Source: Cirrosporium novae-zelandiae | Taxonomy: Eukaryota | Assembly: GCA_026023565.1 (NCBI GenBank) | Contig: JAPETS010000002.1 | Span: forward strand, 1,054,001-1,118,000 | Length of the DNA stretch: 64,000 bases | Direction of reading: 5' to 3' | Shown: positions 13,107-26,146 of the stretch, piece by piece | How positions within the stretch are numbered: position 1 is the first letter of the stretch | Layout of the letters: every line of letters starts with the position of its first letter | The notes under the pieces: generated by a model | Told to the model about the DNA's origin: nothing | Seen by the model: the letters and a program-made list of their open reading frames with translations, nothing else | The model's database searches: none | Made by a program: the position numbers and the translations under genes

Positions 13107-13823
13107 TATGAACAACAAATATCAATAACTCGACAACCTTCAGCAAAGTAGTCGATCAAAGAGATTCTATATCGCTAATAGGTACCGAGTACTTCTCTGA
13201 TTGATACGACATACCCTTGTCCTCTTGCCTGGAACCCCAACAATTAAAGGTCATCTATTCGTTCAACCCCGAATTCGACGGAATGCCTTGATAACACCAT
13301 CGCTGAAGAGAGGTTGTCTGGCCATCGCTGCTTTCCGCTAGCTAAGCTAATCTTTCCAATTGTCAACTATGGTTGGCTTCTTGATTGAAAAGAAAGGTAT
13401 AATCATCATGCTATTGAATGCCGAATAATGGATTGAGGCTAAGTCTCTGCTTATCTTTGAACTTTATGATTCGGGGTGATGTGGATATCTCCGCATCTCT
13501 ACTTGATGTATCGCTTATAACCTGGTGTGGATCCCCTTGATCCTTCGACACGATGTCGGGACAGGAAAGAGGATGTCAATCTATGCACTGATGTTGACCT
13601 TTGGAGATTGATTAAGATAACATGTGTTTCCGAATATGCTCAGCTACATAAAGGGCAGGTTAACCTCGGAACCAATGGCTTATCTGACTAGACCTATTGA
13701 CATGTGAGTCGCTGGTCTGTAAATATTTCCTCGAAGACTGAAGGGCTTGAGGATAACGTCTTGGAAACACCTGCTTTTGGCTCTTGACTGTCAGGCTTTT
13801 GACAACAAAAACATATAGAGGCA
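13107..13823. promoter_or_regulatory. Shared divergent promoter of the amidase and DUR3-like genes, with GATA (AreA/Nit2-type) sites
   Basis: HGATAR matches at 13289 (TGATAA), 13451 (TTATCT), 13615 (AGATAA) and 13680 (TTATCT), plus GGATAA at 13751 and CCAAT at 13672. Confidence 0.6.
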
Positions 13824-16316
13824 ATGACGGAATCCTCAACTAAGCCGCCTTTGCCACAAGGCGTGGCCTACGGAATTGTACTCGGTATGCTCCAAGTTGA
13901 TCTCTTCTACTAGATCTCAATTGATAACCTTTCCTTGTAGGCTTTGGTCTTGTGTTTGCTCTTATAATGAATGCTATTACTTGGATTTCTCGGCGATATC
14001 TCCATGAACCTAAAGTATGATACAATAACTATGGATTGAAACTGAGATTATACCGACTAAATATTATCAGGATACCGAAATGTTAATGACGGCTAAGAAG
14101 TCCATGAAGACTGGCTTTGTCGCTGCTGCTGTGGTATCATCTTGTATGGGCTTGAATATCTCTCCCACCGAAACCTGACTAACCACTATCTAGGGTGTTA
14201 TGCTGGTTTGCAAGCTCTGAACAGCTGGTGTTTACTTCGAGAAGTGCTTATATGATAAGCTAGCCACGATCTTAAACTCGGTGCGTCTTACGTACGTGTA
14301 TGGATGTATGTGTTCTAGCCCTTTAGACCTTAGATTTTATTAGCCTAACAACGGGCTAAGTTGCGGGTCTATGGTGGTTTGCTGCTGGAGCGACTACACA
14401 GGTTAGCAACTTTGGAGTACGCTCCTGATCAAGGCGCTATTGCTCATCCAATTATAAGATTATAGTCTACGCAATTATGGCAATCGAACTGAAGAGAAGA
14501 GCTCCTCGTGCGAATACCATCCTTGAAGCTGTGAGAATTCGCTTTGGGACCAGAACACACCTGGTTAGAAATCTCATAAGATTACTAAAATAGGGCTGAT
14601 TCAAATATTATAGGTATTTTTCGCATATGGAGTTTCAGTGCAGATACTTGTGACTGCCGCCCTGTTATTAGGTGCTTCAGCCGCACTCAATGCTACCACC
14701 GGCGCAAATACAGTGGCCATGAACTATTTGATACCTGTTGGTGTCGTCGTCTATTCCTTACTGGGAGGTTTGAAGTCCACTATATTATCAGATTATGTCC
14801 AGTAAGCATAGTCAATTACTCCATCTATTGTCATCTGTATCTGATATTGGGTCCAAGTACAATTGTTATATTTATAATATTGCTCATTTCAATGTTCAAA
14901 GTCATGACCCCTGGTGTCGTACCTGTGCTTGGGAATCCTGGGAAATTATGGGATCTATTACAAAATGCTGCTGTTGAGTCTCCTTGCTATGGCGCCAAGG
15001 ACGGCTCTTACTTAACAATGGACTCCGGGCAAGGGTTGCTCTTAGCGGGAGTAGTGCTCGTGTCTGGGTTTGGATCTGTCTTCGTTGATCCATCGTATGG
15101 ACAAAAAGCGATCGCAGGGGAACCCACTGCCGTCGTCAAAGGATACTTTTATGGAGGCTTTGCCTGGTTTTCTATACCACTAGGTCTCTGTGCTACTATG
15201 AGCTATGTTGCGATTGCCCTTCGGTCCTCGGAATACTGGCCAGTATCCAGCCCCCTTACAGCATACGAAATTAACAATGCTTTAATTCTACCCCTGGCTG
15301 CAGAGACAGTCATGGGAAAGGGCGGGGCTGTTGCTATTATATTGATGGTATTTATGGCTGTAACCTCGTCCTTTAGTGCTGAGATCATTGCTCATGCGTC
15401 CATCGTTACCTTTGATGTCTATCAACCCTACATAGACCCGAAAGCAAGCGATGATAAACTGAGATGGGTTTCACATATAAGCCTTGTCAGCTTTGCTGTG
15501 TTCTCTGCTTCCTTTGCCACCGGCCTACAATACTCGGGATTAAGCATGAGCTGGGTACTTGAGTTTATTGGCGTGACCTTTGGAGCTGCTGTAGTACCAA
15601 TTACTCTTGCAGTTATATCTGATCGTGTGTCTGCTAGTTATACTACGTTTGCAGCTCCTATTAGCACAATCACTGCCCTAGGTGTTTGGCTGGGAGTCAC
15701 CAAACAACTTTACGAGGAAGTAAATACCACTACTACATTTGAAAACTGGCCAATGTTTGCTGGCTGCATCGTGAGCCTATTCCTGCCATTTCTTATATGG
15801 CTTATTGTTCGCCCATTCAGCTCTCCTTACAACTGGGATGACCTCTTCATGATGAAAGCTATTGAGCCTCGCCCAGGAGACCGCATATACAACGCTGAAG
15901 ATCCTTCAGACCTCGGGGAAGATTATGATCCAAAAGCTTTAGCACGAGCCTCATTCCTAGCGAAGACCATCTCCTCAGTTCTACTTCTGGTATTCCTTGT
16001 TTTGATCCCTTTCTCTTTGTATGGCACGGGGTACATATTTTCGCGAAACTTCTTTATCGGATGGACAGTTATCGTATTCATATGGAGCTGGGTTGCTGCA
16101 ATTCTGATATGGTGCTTACCAATTTGGCAATCACGTGGAAATATTGCGGTGATTGTCCGCAATATAATTGCAGATTATAATGGAAAACCACGGACATATC
16201 GTGACTCGGATCATGTGATCACTGGAGAGCGGACAGAGAGGAAGAGCTCAGAGGAAGGGAAAGAAGCATCTGGCTTGGAACCAAAAGTAATGAAGATGAA
16301 CCAGCTGGAAGCTTAG
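13824..16316 (+). CDS. DUR3: Urea active transporter family (DUR3-like, sodium:solute symporter superfamily), 9 exons
   Basis: MTESSTKPPLPQGVAYGIVLGFG, WWFAAGATTQ, AIELKRRAP, GGLKSTILSDYVHT, DGSYLTM, FGSVFVDPSYGQKAIA; many TM segments. Eight introns resolved in frame, including a 12-nt exon at 14194-14205. Confidence 0.92.
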
Positions 16317-17869
16317 GGGAAGCGTATAGGGCTAGCAACGGGGATCGAGATGCCAACGGAGTGAATATAATTACGGCGACGCCGATTTCTAATCCAGAAT
16401 CAACAGATTCAAAAAGTTCATCTATCAACAAGCTCCTCGCGTCTTAGCCTCCTGCATCATGCATTTTGCGATATTTACGTTCACTCTTTTTCATCACAAA
16501 ATGCATATATCATGTCAGAAATGGGTGAAGTGAGTTGAATGAATGCATTGTGTGTCCTAAGCGAAGTGAAGTGTTTGTGCATAGGAACATTCACTGATTT
16601 CACCTCTGTATCTGGCTTTACGAAGAGCATTTAAGGAACCAAATTCCTCTCTCTTATCTCTGTTCCTTGATAAGTTTTATCCTTATCCTCATCTCTCACA
16701 TCGTCTTCCTTTGCTTTCCTTTTTCTTCATTTACTTATATACCCAAATATTTTACATGGATATATATATTTTAGAGTTTGCTATGTGTCAAGGCCAATTC
16801 AATAAGACCTAATTTGTGGCGAGCCAGATTTAGCATTATATCTATTTCACACCTTCTAATATCCATTCTCCCAATAAAATGAAATGGATTATTTGATGGG
16901 TCCTCACAGGCATTCTTAGATGGCTTCAATTTCAAGTTCTCACCTCTACAATTCAAAAGCACTACTACTATCCTTTCACTAAGCGAAATAGACGATGATG
17001 TCTTCATAGAAATACCATAAATAATTCTAATTTTATATATATTCATTAAAGACCTTCTAATAACAATGCTATCAAAATAGTTTCATTGGCAATAATTGAC
17101 GGGGTAAGGTCATCGGGGCCCAATGACTTAAGGTAGCAGCAGATGACCTGAAGATCACAGATAAGTTGATAAAACAGCCCTTCGCTAGTATTGTATCAAC
17201 GATAGGAACTCACCCACTGCCATTTAGCATCCAGTACGAAACTAAAGGTCTTGTCGTTTTTCCACAGGGGCACAAGTTCATTAGGAAACAGGTCAAAGTA
17301 TAAAAGTACAATAATCAATAAAATATATAATATCAATAGTAAATACGAACTTTAATATTTTTCTCTTCATCATCCCATCTTCAAGAGGCCTCAATAATAT
17401 ATCCTCCTTTCTATCTTTGGCCATTAAACCTTTATCATCCCAGAAGACTTACAATTGGGGAGAGTCTTTCCCCTACTACACCTGCCGACTTAGCTACAGT
17501 ACCCAAGCGACTTAACAAGGGCCCCCATCAACAAGTCCTAAGAAGCCTAAAGCACACTTTTATAAGACTATCCTTTCTTCTATAACTAAAAGACATACTT
17601 TAATGGATACCATACTATCACAAAATCAACACTCTTTTTAATATACAAACCAAAATAATTACTACAATTACCCATCAAAAGACAAATCGTCTATCGATGA
17701 TATTTTAAAACATAATCAATTGAACTTATTGTTCTTGCCGCTGTTTCTCTTATGGGTCGGCATAGTGGTATGCTCAGTCTATTTGAGTATCAACTATCTA
17801 CTATTCATACTATATGGTCCTTGTATTAAAGTATTGTGTGAATAGGTCATGGCTCTAATTCGAGCTGTC

Positions 17870-18495
17870 TTTTAATTTGTGGTCATTAATTACCCGATGC
17901 AGAGGCTAATTTGGCAAGCGGCGAGGCTCTCGACCTACACTACTCCCACAGATAAAACATTAAAGGCGATAGGTGCTGCCTTTTTCATGCACGCTGTCAT
18001 TGACATGCGGCATCTTAAACTCGAAGGGGATAATTAATAATTCAGATTACCAAAATCGAGCCCTGAACGAACAAGGCAAATAGCAACCCATCCAAAAACT
18101 TCACGAAACAAGCGTTAAACGTGTTGACCATGTCAACTATCTTGACATCCTAGCAGCAGAGAACCACAAAGAATCTGGTGAGATATTTGGCACGAGTCGG
18201 GCAGCAATATATGCTACCGCTTCCAAAGATTTTATGAAACTTCCGAAATTTGTCAGCGACGTGATGAACAAATCATACCCCCCTATATTCCGGCTCCAAG
18301 GCGGCCAAAAGTCCACCTACTTCTAAGAACCCCTCCTTAACATTACAAGCTATGCTATCCGACGCTGACGACCATAGATCCTAGACTGTCGCTTTGGCGG
18401 TGATTAACCGCTTGGCCGAATGGGGAGGCGGTAGTCTTACCGCAAAGATAATCACACGAGATGCGGAACTGGCAGGCTTCCAGTTACCTCATTGA
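17870..18495 (+). pseudogene. Decayed coding relic of unknown origin
   Basis: GC-richer island in AT-rich DNA, with an 80-codon stop-free stretch (QPIQKLHETSVKRVDHVNYLDIL...QKSTYF*) and a further fragment (ALAVINRLAEWGGGSL...). No start codon and no recognisable family. Confidence 0.3.
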
Positions 18496-21282
18496 AGTTA
18501 TTATTACTTGGAGTTCATTGATATGAGCAACAATACAGTCAAAAGTTATATTCTATCAACAATTTCAACGATTTAAATAATGAGGAATAGTCTAAGTTGT
18601 GTGTTAACCTGTTCCAGTTAATCTCAACACAGTTTATCATTCAATTCTTTGGCGTGAAATTGGATCACTTTCCCAATAATCCACGATATGAACCTCACAC
18701 CGATCGCACTTTTCAGATTCTTTTTCTTTTTCATCATCATCATATCGAACAACAATAAAGCAATAAGCTCAGCTAACCCTCAAATAGTCGTGCAATTGTC
18801 GGACAGGAGATTAGTTCACAATATTGCAACAAGCAATATTTTAATGTCAGTGCAGCAGGCCAGCCTTTACAGGATTAAATTTAATCAGGAAGGTCGTCAT
18901 CACCTAATCTTCAATTTAATACTGAAGGGCAAGATATGCACTGTTACTGTTCACAAAGAGCCCGGCGGCTTGATGATAACTCTGGAAAGTGCCAACAAAG
19001 TTCGACTGAGAGAACAGCACTGATGGGAATTGAAGGTTTTGGCCAAACTCATACTATGGATACTCTAATGAGGACCGACTATTCCGGTAACAAAATGCTC
19101 TTAAATACTATAGAGATACCCGACCCCCAACAATTTTTTAAAAGTGCTAGTGGTAAGTGTTGTGTCCCTAAATGAACTTCATGTGTGGGGGAGGGCTTTA
19201 GCAAACATATCAATCACTTCTTGAGTCATGTCTACGGACGAAAGAGGGGGGATCAATCAACCCTAGGATCCACATCATCATCATTCTTAAAGATACTACT
19301 GCTAGTTATCAACCAACAGCAAAAGTCTTTCCAGGCCGAAAGCAAAAGAAATATAATTTGTTTTTCTAATATAACAAAAAAAAAATCTGCAACAGAGAAG
19401 CCCTCGTTTGAGTCAAGGAAAAAGTCTAGCAAAGGAAACAGACTGGCTAGAATCGAGGGCTAGACGAATATAAATGATAGCATGACTCTGAGTCTATAGC
19501 AGCCGCAACCACTTTATCAGCAGCCTAGTACACAAGTTTCAAATTTCCAATATCAATAAGCCAGCGAGGCCCTTATCCAACAATTTCAAGACATTACTAT
19601 TAGTCGTATTCAACACCCCAACCAGCAGTATCCAACAGGTCCTTACCCAAAGCGACCCAGTTACAGCCTTGCATCTACTACCTTATTTTACGTGATACTA
19701 CATTCTTTCGATCATTACTTGAAGTATATGTTGATTTAACATAACTTATCTTCTTTCGTTCGACGTTTCAATTATGCTGTTTTATACTATTTCACATTTA
19801 CCACATCTATATTATTTTCATAAATTGTGTTGTTATTACTGTCAAATATATCTTAAGTTCCCTCAAGGTTTGTCGAGGGGCCCTTTATTTTATCTGTTAG
19901 AGCGTGTCAAAAATCTTGGGAATCTCTCAAAAACGATGTCTTAAGATAAGGCAAAACGTATACTGTTAGCTAATATTGATTATCTAAGTCTTTCGCCGAA
20001 AATAAGCTCTCTACTATAGAACTAGACATCATGCGGGCTAATAAGAAGTGGCTTATAATTGAAATATCAAGTGGTGATCATATAAAGATGATTGTTCACT
20101 ATTTTCATGATACGCCTCTAGGAGACGGCCCATGAAAAATCCCTGAGGGAAAGGTTGGAGGTTGCAACCAATCGACCGACCGCCTGCCTTTTGCAGTAGA
20201 CGAGATGGATTACTCTTAATTTGCAACTGCGCCTCAAGTTTGCATATACACTGGAGGCTGGAGGATTAGAAGCGGGTCCTAAAGATGGAGGTCCACACAA
20301 GAAGAAGACGAAAGGGCGGGAAAAGCCCTAGGCTATGAAAACAGGAGAGCCAAAGGGGAAACCAAATAAGAGGAGACCTTGAGAAAGGAGGGAGGAGCTC
20401 CAGAAGCGGACCTTAAAGGTAGAGCAAGAGATCCACATCTAAGAGGTTCAGCAAGCTAAGGATAAGAGAGACTTTCTCCCTGGACCAGCACAGACAGTTT
20501 TTTCTTTTCCTATCCAGTTGTACATGTACAGTACATGTACTATAAAAGTACAGCCAATCAATGAATGAAAGAAGAGCGGCGTTTGAACAGACATCGATAT
20601 CTTATCATTATTATTATAAAATCTTCTGTTTCTCGCATCAGTGACGAGTTTCTTTTGTCCCTCTTTTTTTTCTTCATATTTCTATTCTAAATTATTTATT
20701 TTATAGACCTAAGTGGGTATGTGTAGTATATATGTCTGCCTCCAATTTGCTCCCTTTCTCATCCTTTTTTATACACATACGTATCAACACCGAATATTTA
20801 CAAGAAACTTTTCCAATATAATGGGGGGTGGTTGAGGACTGACCTTGAAAATTAATGTGGTTACGGTGCAATTATTTACAAGGTTGAGTGGACTAAGCAA
20901 GTATCTTTGTCGAAGCTTGCCTATAACAGCACTACTGATTGGGAAGGGTTTCAATCTTTATTAATTCGAACCTCCAGGTGTACTCGCTCCTTGCAATTTA
21001 CATTTATGGAATATTCCAACAACTTATCATCCCACTTGATTTACAGAATAACTATCCAGCAGCTATCCTAAGGTTTAGTTATCCCCACGTGAACCGAACC
21101 CTCCGCAAGTCAGCATAGGACTGGGGGAAGAAGCTTTTCACTCGCAGAATCTAGGCCAACAGATACTCTTATGGCTTTGAACGGGTCAAGAAAGCAAGAT
21201 AGTACGAAAGAGCTCACTGATACCGAACTAAACTGGTCAGAGGATCTGGTATCATCATGGCACTTTCGATGTATGAAAAGTA

Positions 21283-22250
21283 AATCTGAGGAGATAATTC
21301 TTTCTACATATTCTTTTTCTGGGGGGAGGGGGGGGGTTGACAAAAAACCATTTCCTAATATTCAAAAAATGTCTCCCTCCCTCCCTCCCTCCCTTGATGT
21401 ACGATAACACCGCCACAGCATATCTGGTTATGAAATTAGTCTGTTCCATTCCCATATATCAAAGACTTTCGATCTCATCCAGCCTTTCAATTTTAGGGCG
21501 AGGCGACAAGGATTAAGAACCTGCCGCCTCCCCCCTTCTATGAATTACTATAAAACGATTGTAACACTAAACTGGCTAGGAGACCTGGTTCCATCTACCT
21601 TCGATACAAAAAAAGGTAGTCTGATTAGACTTTTTCTTCATCTTCTTTTTTTCTCGTTTTCATTTCCTAATATTCAAAATGTTTCCGTCCCTTAATCCAT
21701 CATACAACGACGACCCACATCTGATTGTGGAATTAGTACATTCTATCCCCCGACATCAAAAACTTAGTCTGTTAGCTTTAGGGCGAGGCGACAAGGGATT
21801 GAAGAGCCTATCTCGCCTCCTCATTCCCACTATAACTCCTCACTCCACTAAATACCATAAATGAAGGCAACAGGTTTTACCGAGTTAAAAAAGAAGTGCT
21901 TTTATATATAGCCTAATGTATAGGAAAAAATAGTCTGGGAAGATTTTTTCTGCATATTCTTCTTCTGTTCTCTTTTGTTTTGTTTTTAAACAAAATTACC
22001 ATTTCCTAAAATTCAAATATCTCCCTTAATCTATCACACAACGATAATATATGTCTGTTTATGAAACTAGTACATTATATTCTTCATATCAACCTGAATT
22101 TGGCCATATCTCATCCAGCCCTTCGACCTTTAGAGCGAGGCAACAAAGATTTCGGGGCCCTATCGCCCCCCCCTTTTTTTCCCACTTTCCCATAATAACT
22201 CCTCACTTCACGAAATACCTATAAAACGACTCGGGACCCTAATCCCTAAC
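21283..22250. repeat. Degenerate tandem triplication, unit about 310-340 bp
   Basis: catttcctaa(t/a)attcaaa at 21349, 21661 and 22000; tttag(g/a)gcgaggc(g/a)acaa at 21492, 21777 and 22129. Confidence 0.85.
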
Positions 22251-25200
22251 CTCCTAAAAGGAATAAATAATAAGTAAGCAAAACTGTAAGGCTATAGAGA
22301 TTAGAACCAGACATATTCGCTTTTAATTCATATTTTAACAAGCGAGAAAAATAAAAAGAAAGAGCATGTCGTGTGGCATTATACTATACCTCGATTACAT
22401 CATACACTCACCTAGGTAACCTCTACCTACCAGCAAAGAGCAACGATATCAACAAAGACTAGGTATATACATGCACTGGAAAATAAACCGGAGATACCCG
22501 TTTAAGTCTATTCAGAGAAAAACCATGACTGAGAACAAGTCCCATTAAATTAAACCCTCATCAGGATCCCTTCGATACAAACAATAAAATAGAAACATGC
22601 GTGCGCGGTTTGTATGATTTCCCAATGCATATATTTCCATCAAAGACAGTTATATAACACCTCACTTTCCCCTCACCTTCCCCCCTCCTTTTCCCCTCAC
22701 TTTCTCCCTTTCTCTCGCCTCACTGCTGCCCCGTTCTCTTTCCGCCTCCGCTCCCTCTGAGTTCCAGCTAATGCCTTTTATATTTTAGATCTTCTCTCTT
22801 TTACTTACTTCTCACGACCACCACGACCACCACGACGACTACCATCACCACTATCACCATCATCATCACCATCATCATCACCACCACCACCCCCTCCCGC
22901 CGCTATGCCTCCCTCCCGCCCCGTCACTGACGTCCCTGGTGCTACTGCTGCTGCCCGTGGTGTTGTGCCCGTTAGGCCTATATGCCTAAAGTGTTTGTGG
23001 CGCCTTGGGGCCAACCAAAGACCTGAAGAATAAGTTTGCTATAGGAGAATATAATAGAACTAACGTTGACTAGTTTCATACTGCTGCTACTATATATATA
23101 TGTGTAATGGATACACACAACCATACACAAAATGCAAAAAAAGGTCTATTTATTTTCGAAGTGTGCTCATAGGCATAATCTCTGACGAGGCAGAACACAA
23201 ATGATTTAAGCCAGGAGTTAAGGACGGAAAAAAGTAGATGACATTGCTGTGTTGCAAATGTTTTAGGCCCTGCCTACAGCACCCCTACTTAAAAACAAGT
23301 CTTTGACCTTTTCCTTCACAAACCTCAAAAATCCCTATAGCCACCCCTGAATCCAGACCCCCCAAAGAAAGGAAACCTAATTTTTATTATTCTTATACTG
23401 TAATGAATGAATTATTGAATTCCCCCTATCCCCCTCGCCTTCTTTAGCCCCGCTACAAAACATAAAAAAAAGGAGATTCAAATGCTCTAGGGTATACGAA
23501 TAAAAGAAAGAAAAATAGATGAATAAACTATTTCTAAGCTCTCCTCTTCCTCTAGCCCCCCCCTGACCGCTGTCTCCGCCGGCTGACTATGGCGGAAATA
23601 TCATCAAGCTGATTCCTATTCTGCCGGCATATCGTCTCGACGAACAAAAAAATAGATACGATGCGAACATGAAACAAATGATTCACCAGCATAAAAAGGG
23701 GTGAGGGGCAAGAGTTTCATTGGTCCTCTCCTTTGACGAGGTAGATGGTAGACGGTATGGAAGTCCAAGATACTGACGGATGATCGCTCGAGAGTGTATC
23801 GTCTACTGAGTTGACCCCATCCATAAGTCCAAGAGAAGATTCGAAAACTAGCAACGGGAACCAACCCTTGCAAAGTGAGAATTCGCTTTCTAAGAGAACA
23901 AGGGAGGAAACGAAAGAGGATTATGATCCAGAGACCCAGAACGGCGGCGATTTCTCAGCCAGCTGTGGCCAAGGAAGGGTCAAACTCAGAATGACTGGCC
24001 CTAACTTAGGGTAGCTTAAGCTGGCTTTCTTTCAATGAATGCGTCTTGTGAAATATCTATATGAATGGAGCTAGGCCATGGAATAATCCCTGGGGTATGG
24101 ATAGGGGTAGAACAGGGAACCGGGGGGGGCTGTGAAGGCAAAGCAAGGACTGGAGGCCACAAAAGAAAAAGGACTTGAAAAGAAAGGGTTGTCTCTTTAC
24201 AATGTTTCTATACTGTACAATTGTACTACTGACTGGAATGGACTAGACTTACCCCTACTACAACAATCAACTCAACCACACTATACGATTCTTCAGATCA
24301 AATAAATGACTCTCTTTAGACTCTTCATTTTTCTTCTACTTATTACTTCCCATAACCGACAGATCTCATGTCATTTTTTCATAAAATCAATCCTTTCGTA
24401 CTACAGTACATCATCAATTAAATCTTTCCATTCCCTAAAACGTATACGGTCGGCATACCGAGCATTTTTAATTTCCCATTTCCCCAAAATGGTAACCAAA
24501 CGATTTTTTCAGTCGATTGGAGAACCAAAACCGAATTCACTGCTGCTTATGATTATCATGCCTTTTTCTTTGGAGTTTTCAATTTCCCATCTATCTAGCA
24601 AGGGGGTCTGGGTTGAAAAGGGTCTGGGTTGAAAAAAAGGTAGCAAGCAGGCAACTTATCACTCAAATGACCCAGAAAAAACAGTCTCAGAATGGGACAC
24701 GACTAATTCACAGAGAGTGGTCAGTTCAGTTTCTGCTGATAAATGGAGAATAAAACGACAGCAATTCCGATGTGCACCACAGTAGAGGTGAAAATGGATC
24801 CATTGCTTGTAAGTGAGTATCAGACGGAGCATACTCATCTAGCAGGCACCCGTCGAGGTGGCCCCAAAAGGGCCCCCGATGAGCCTGCTACTCATGCAGA
24901 TGCGCTTGCAGACATGAGTGGATAATGAAGATAATGAAGAGGAAGAAGATATTGAAGAAAATGAAGATGAAGAGGAGTACATTGGGGAGGGGAGGGGAGA
25001 GAGCATGAGGGGACAGGAAAAGGTATGGATATAGATACCGTGATACATACCAAGCGAAAACAACCGGCGAAAGGAAGGAGAAGAATCACGAGAATAAAGA
25101 CTAGTGTGGACTAGAGATGATATGCATGTATCGGTGATTTCCCCCCCCCCTCTCCTCTTGGGTCGATTAAGATATTCCGGTTTCACTGCTTCTTTGTTAC

Positions 25201-26146
25201 AGCAGTAGGATGCAGTATATCCTCTTCTCTTTTCATCTCCATTACCATCCGTTTATATATTCAAAAGAACAAAAAAAGAGCTATAAAGGAAGCATAAATT
25301 CATTTAACTTAGTTTTGATTCTCAGTTTGGTTGGCTTTTGATCATATACAAAAAGGAGATTAAAACGACCTACTTCAGAGGTTAAATGGGGAAAAGATCC
25401 TCATATAATCTGGAAATGGTTGAAATCGGGTCGAACATAGTGTCGGGGGATACGGATTTGCCAGATCCCGCATTTCCCATTTCCATGACTAGAAACAAAC
25501 ATTTCTTTTTCTTTTTCATCCAACTGGATACCTATGCTTTACTCCTTTCCTTTGTCTTCAAACTACCTTACTTAAAAGTTCGAAATCAGTTGGTTCGTTA
25601 GTTTAGTTTACTTTGATTCTTTCCTTTGGGTTCCACTCATAAGGTGCCGTAGTCAACGACGAAGCTCCGGCTATAGCGAATCCTTGGTGCCAACGACCTC
25701 GACCCGCATTGGAGCATACGGTATCAATTTCCACAAACTCTGTCATATTCTGGTGCTCGTGGAGATCCCCCCGAGTCCCTTGATGTCATCGTGCAGGCAT
25801 TCGGCTGGATAGATCGTATGGGCTAGCTGATCGATCCCATCCTCTATATGCATCCGACGTCTCACACACACGAGGGCAAAGGGGGTAACTTGTGTTTACC
25901 AAGCCTGGGAGCATTTTGAAAATATGACTATTGCGCTTAGTAGAATCATAAAAAACAAAAACATCCCTTTTGACGAACAAAAAAAAAATAAGCTACAAGA
26001 AATATAATAGAAAAATACGAAGCAAGACATTCAAATTGGGTTTGAAATTGTAGGTGCTATCACAAAATGGTAGCATGGCCTAACACAAAAGGCTAAGAGT
26101 AGCACCATCTTTATGGAATCCATAACAATGAATCTATCCCGCCAAG

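Noticed and set aside
21283..22250. CRISPR-like array
   Set aside because: Eukaryotic DNA, whole units are homologous, only three copies, and no cas genes.
25640..25900. Possible tRNA or other RNA gene in a GC-rich island
   Set aside because: No cloverleaf or T-loop motif; looks more like a coding relic.
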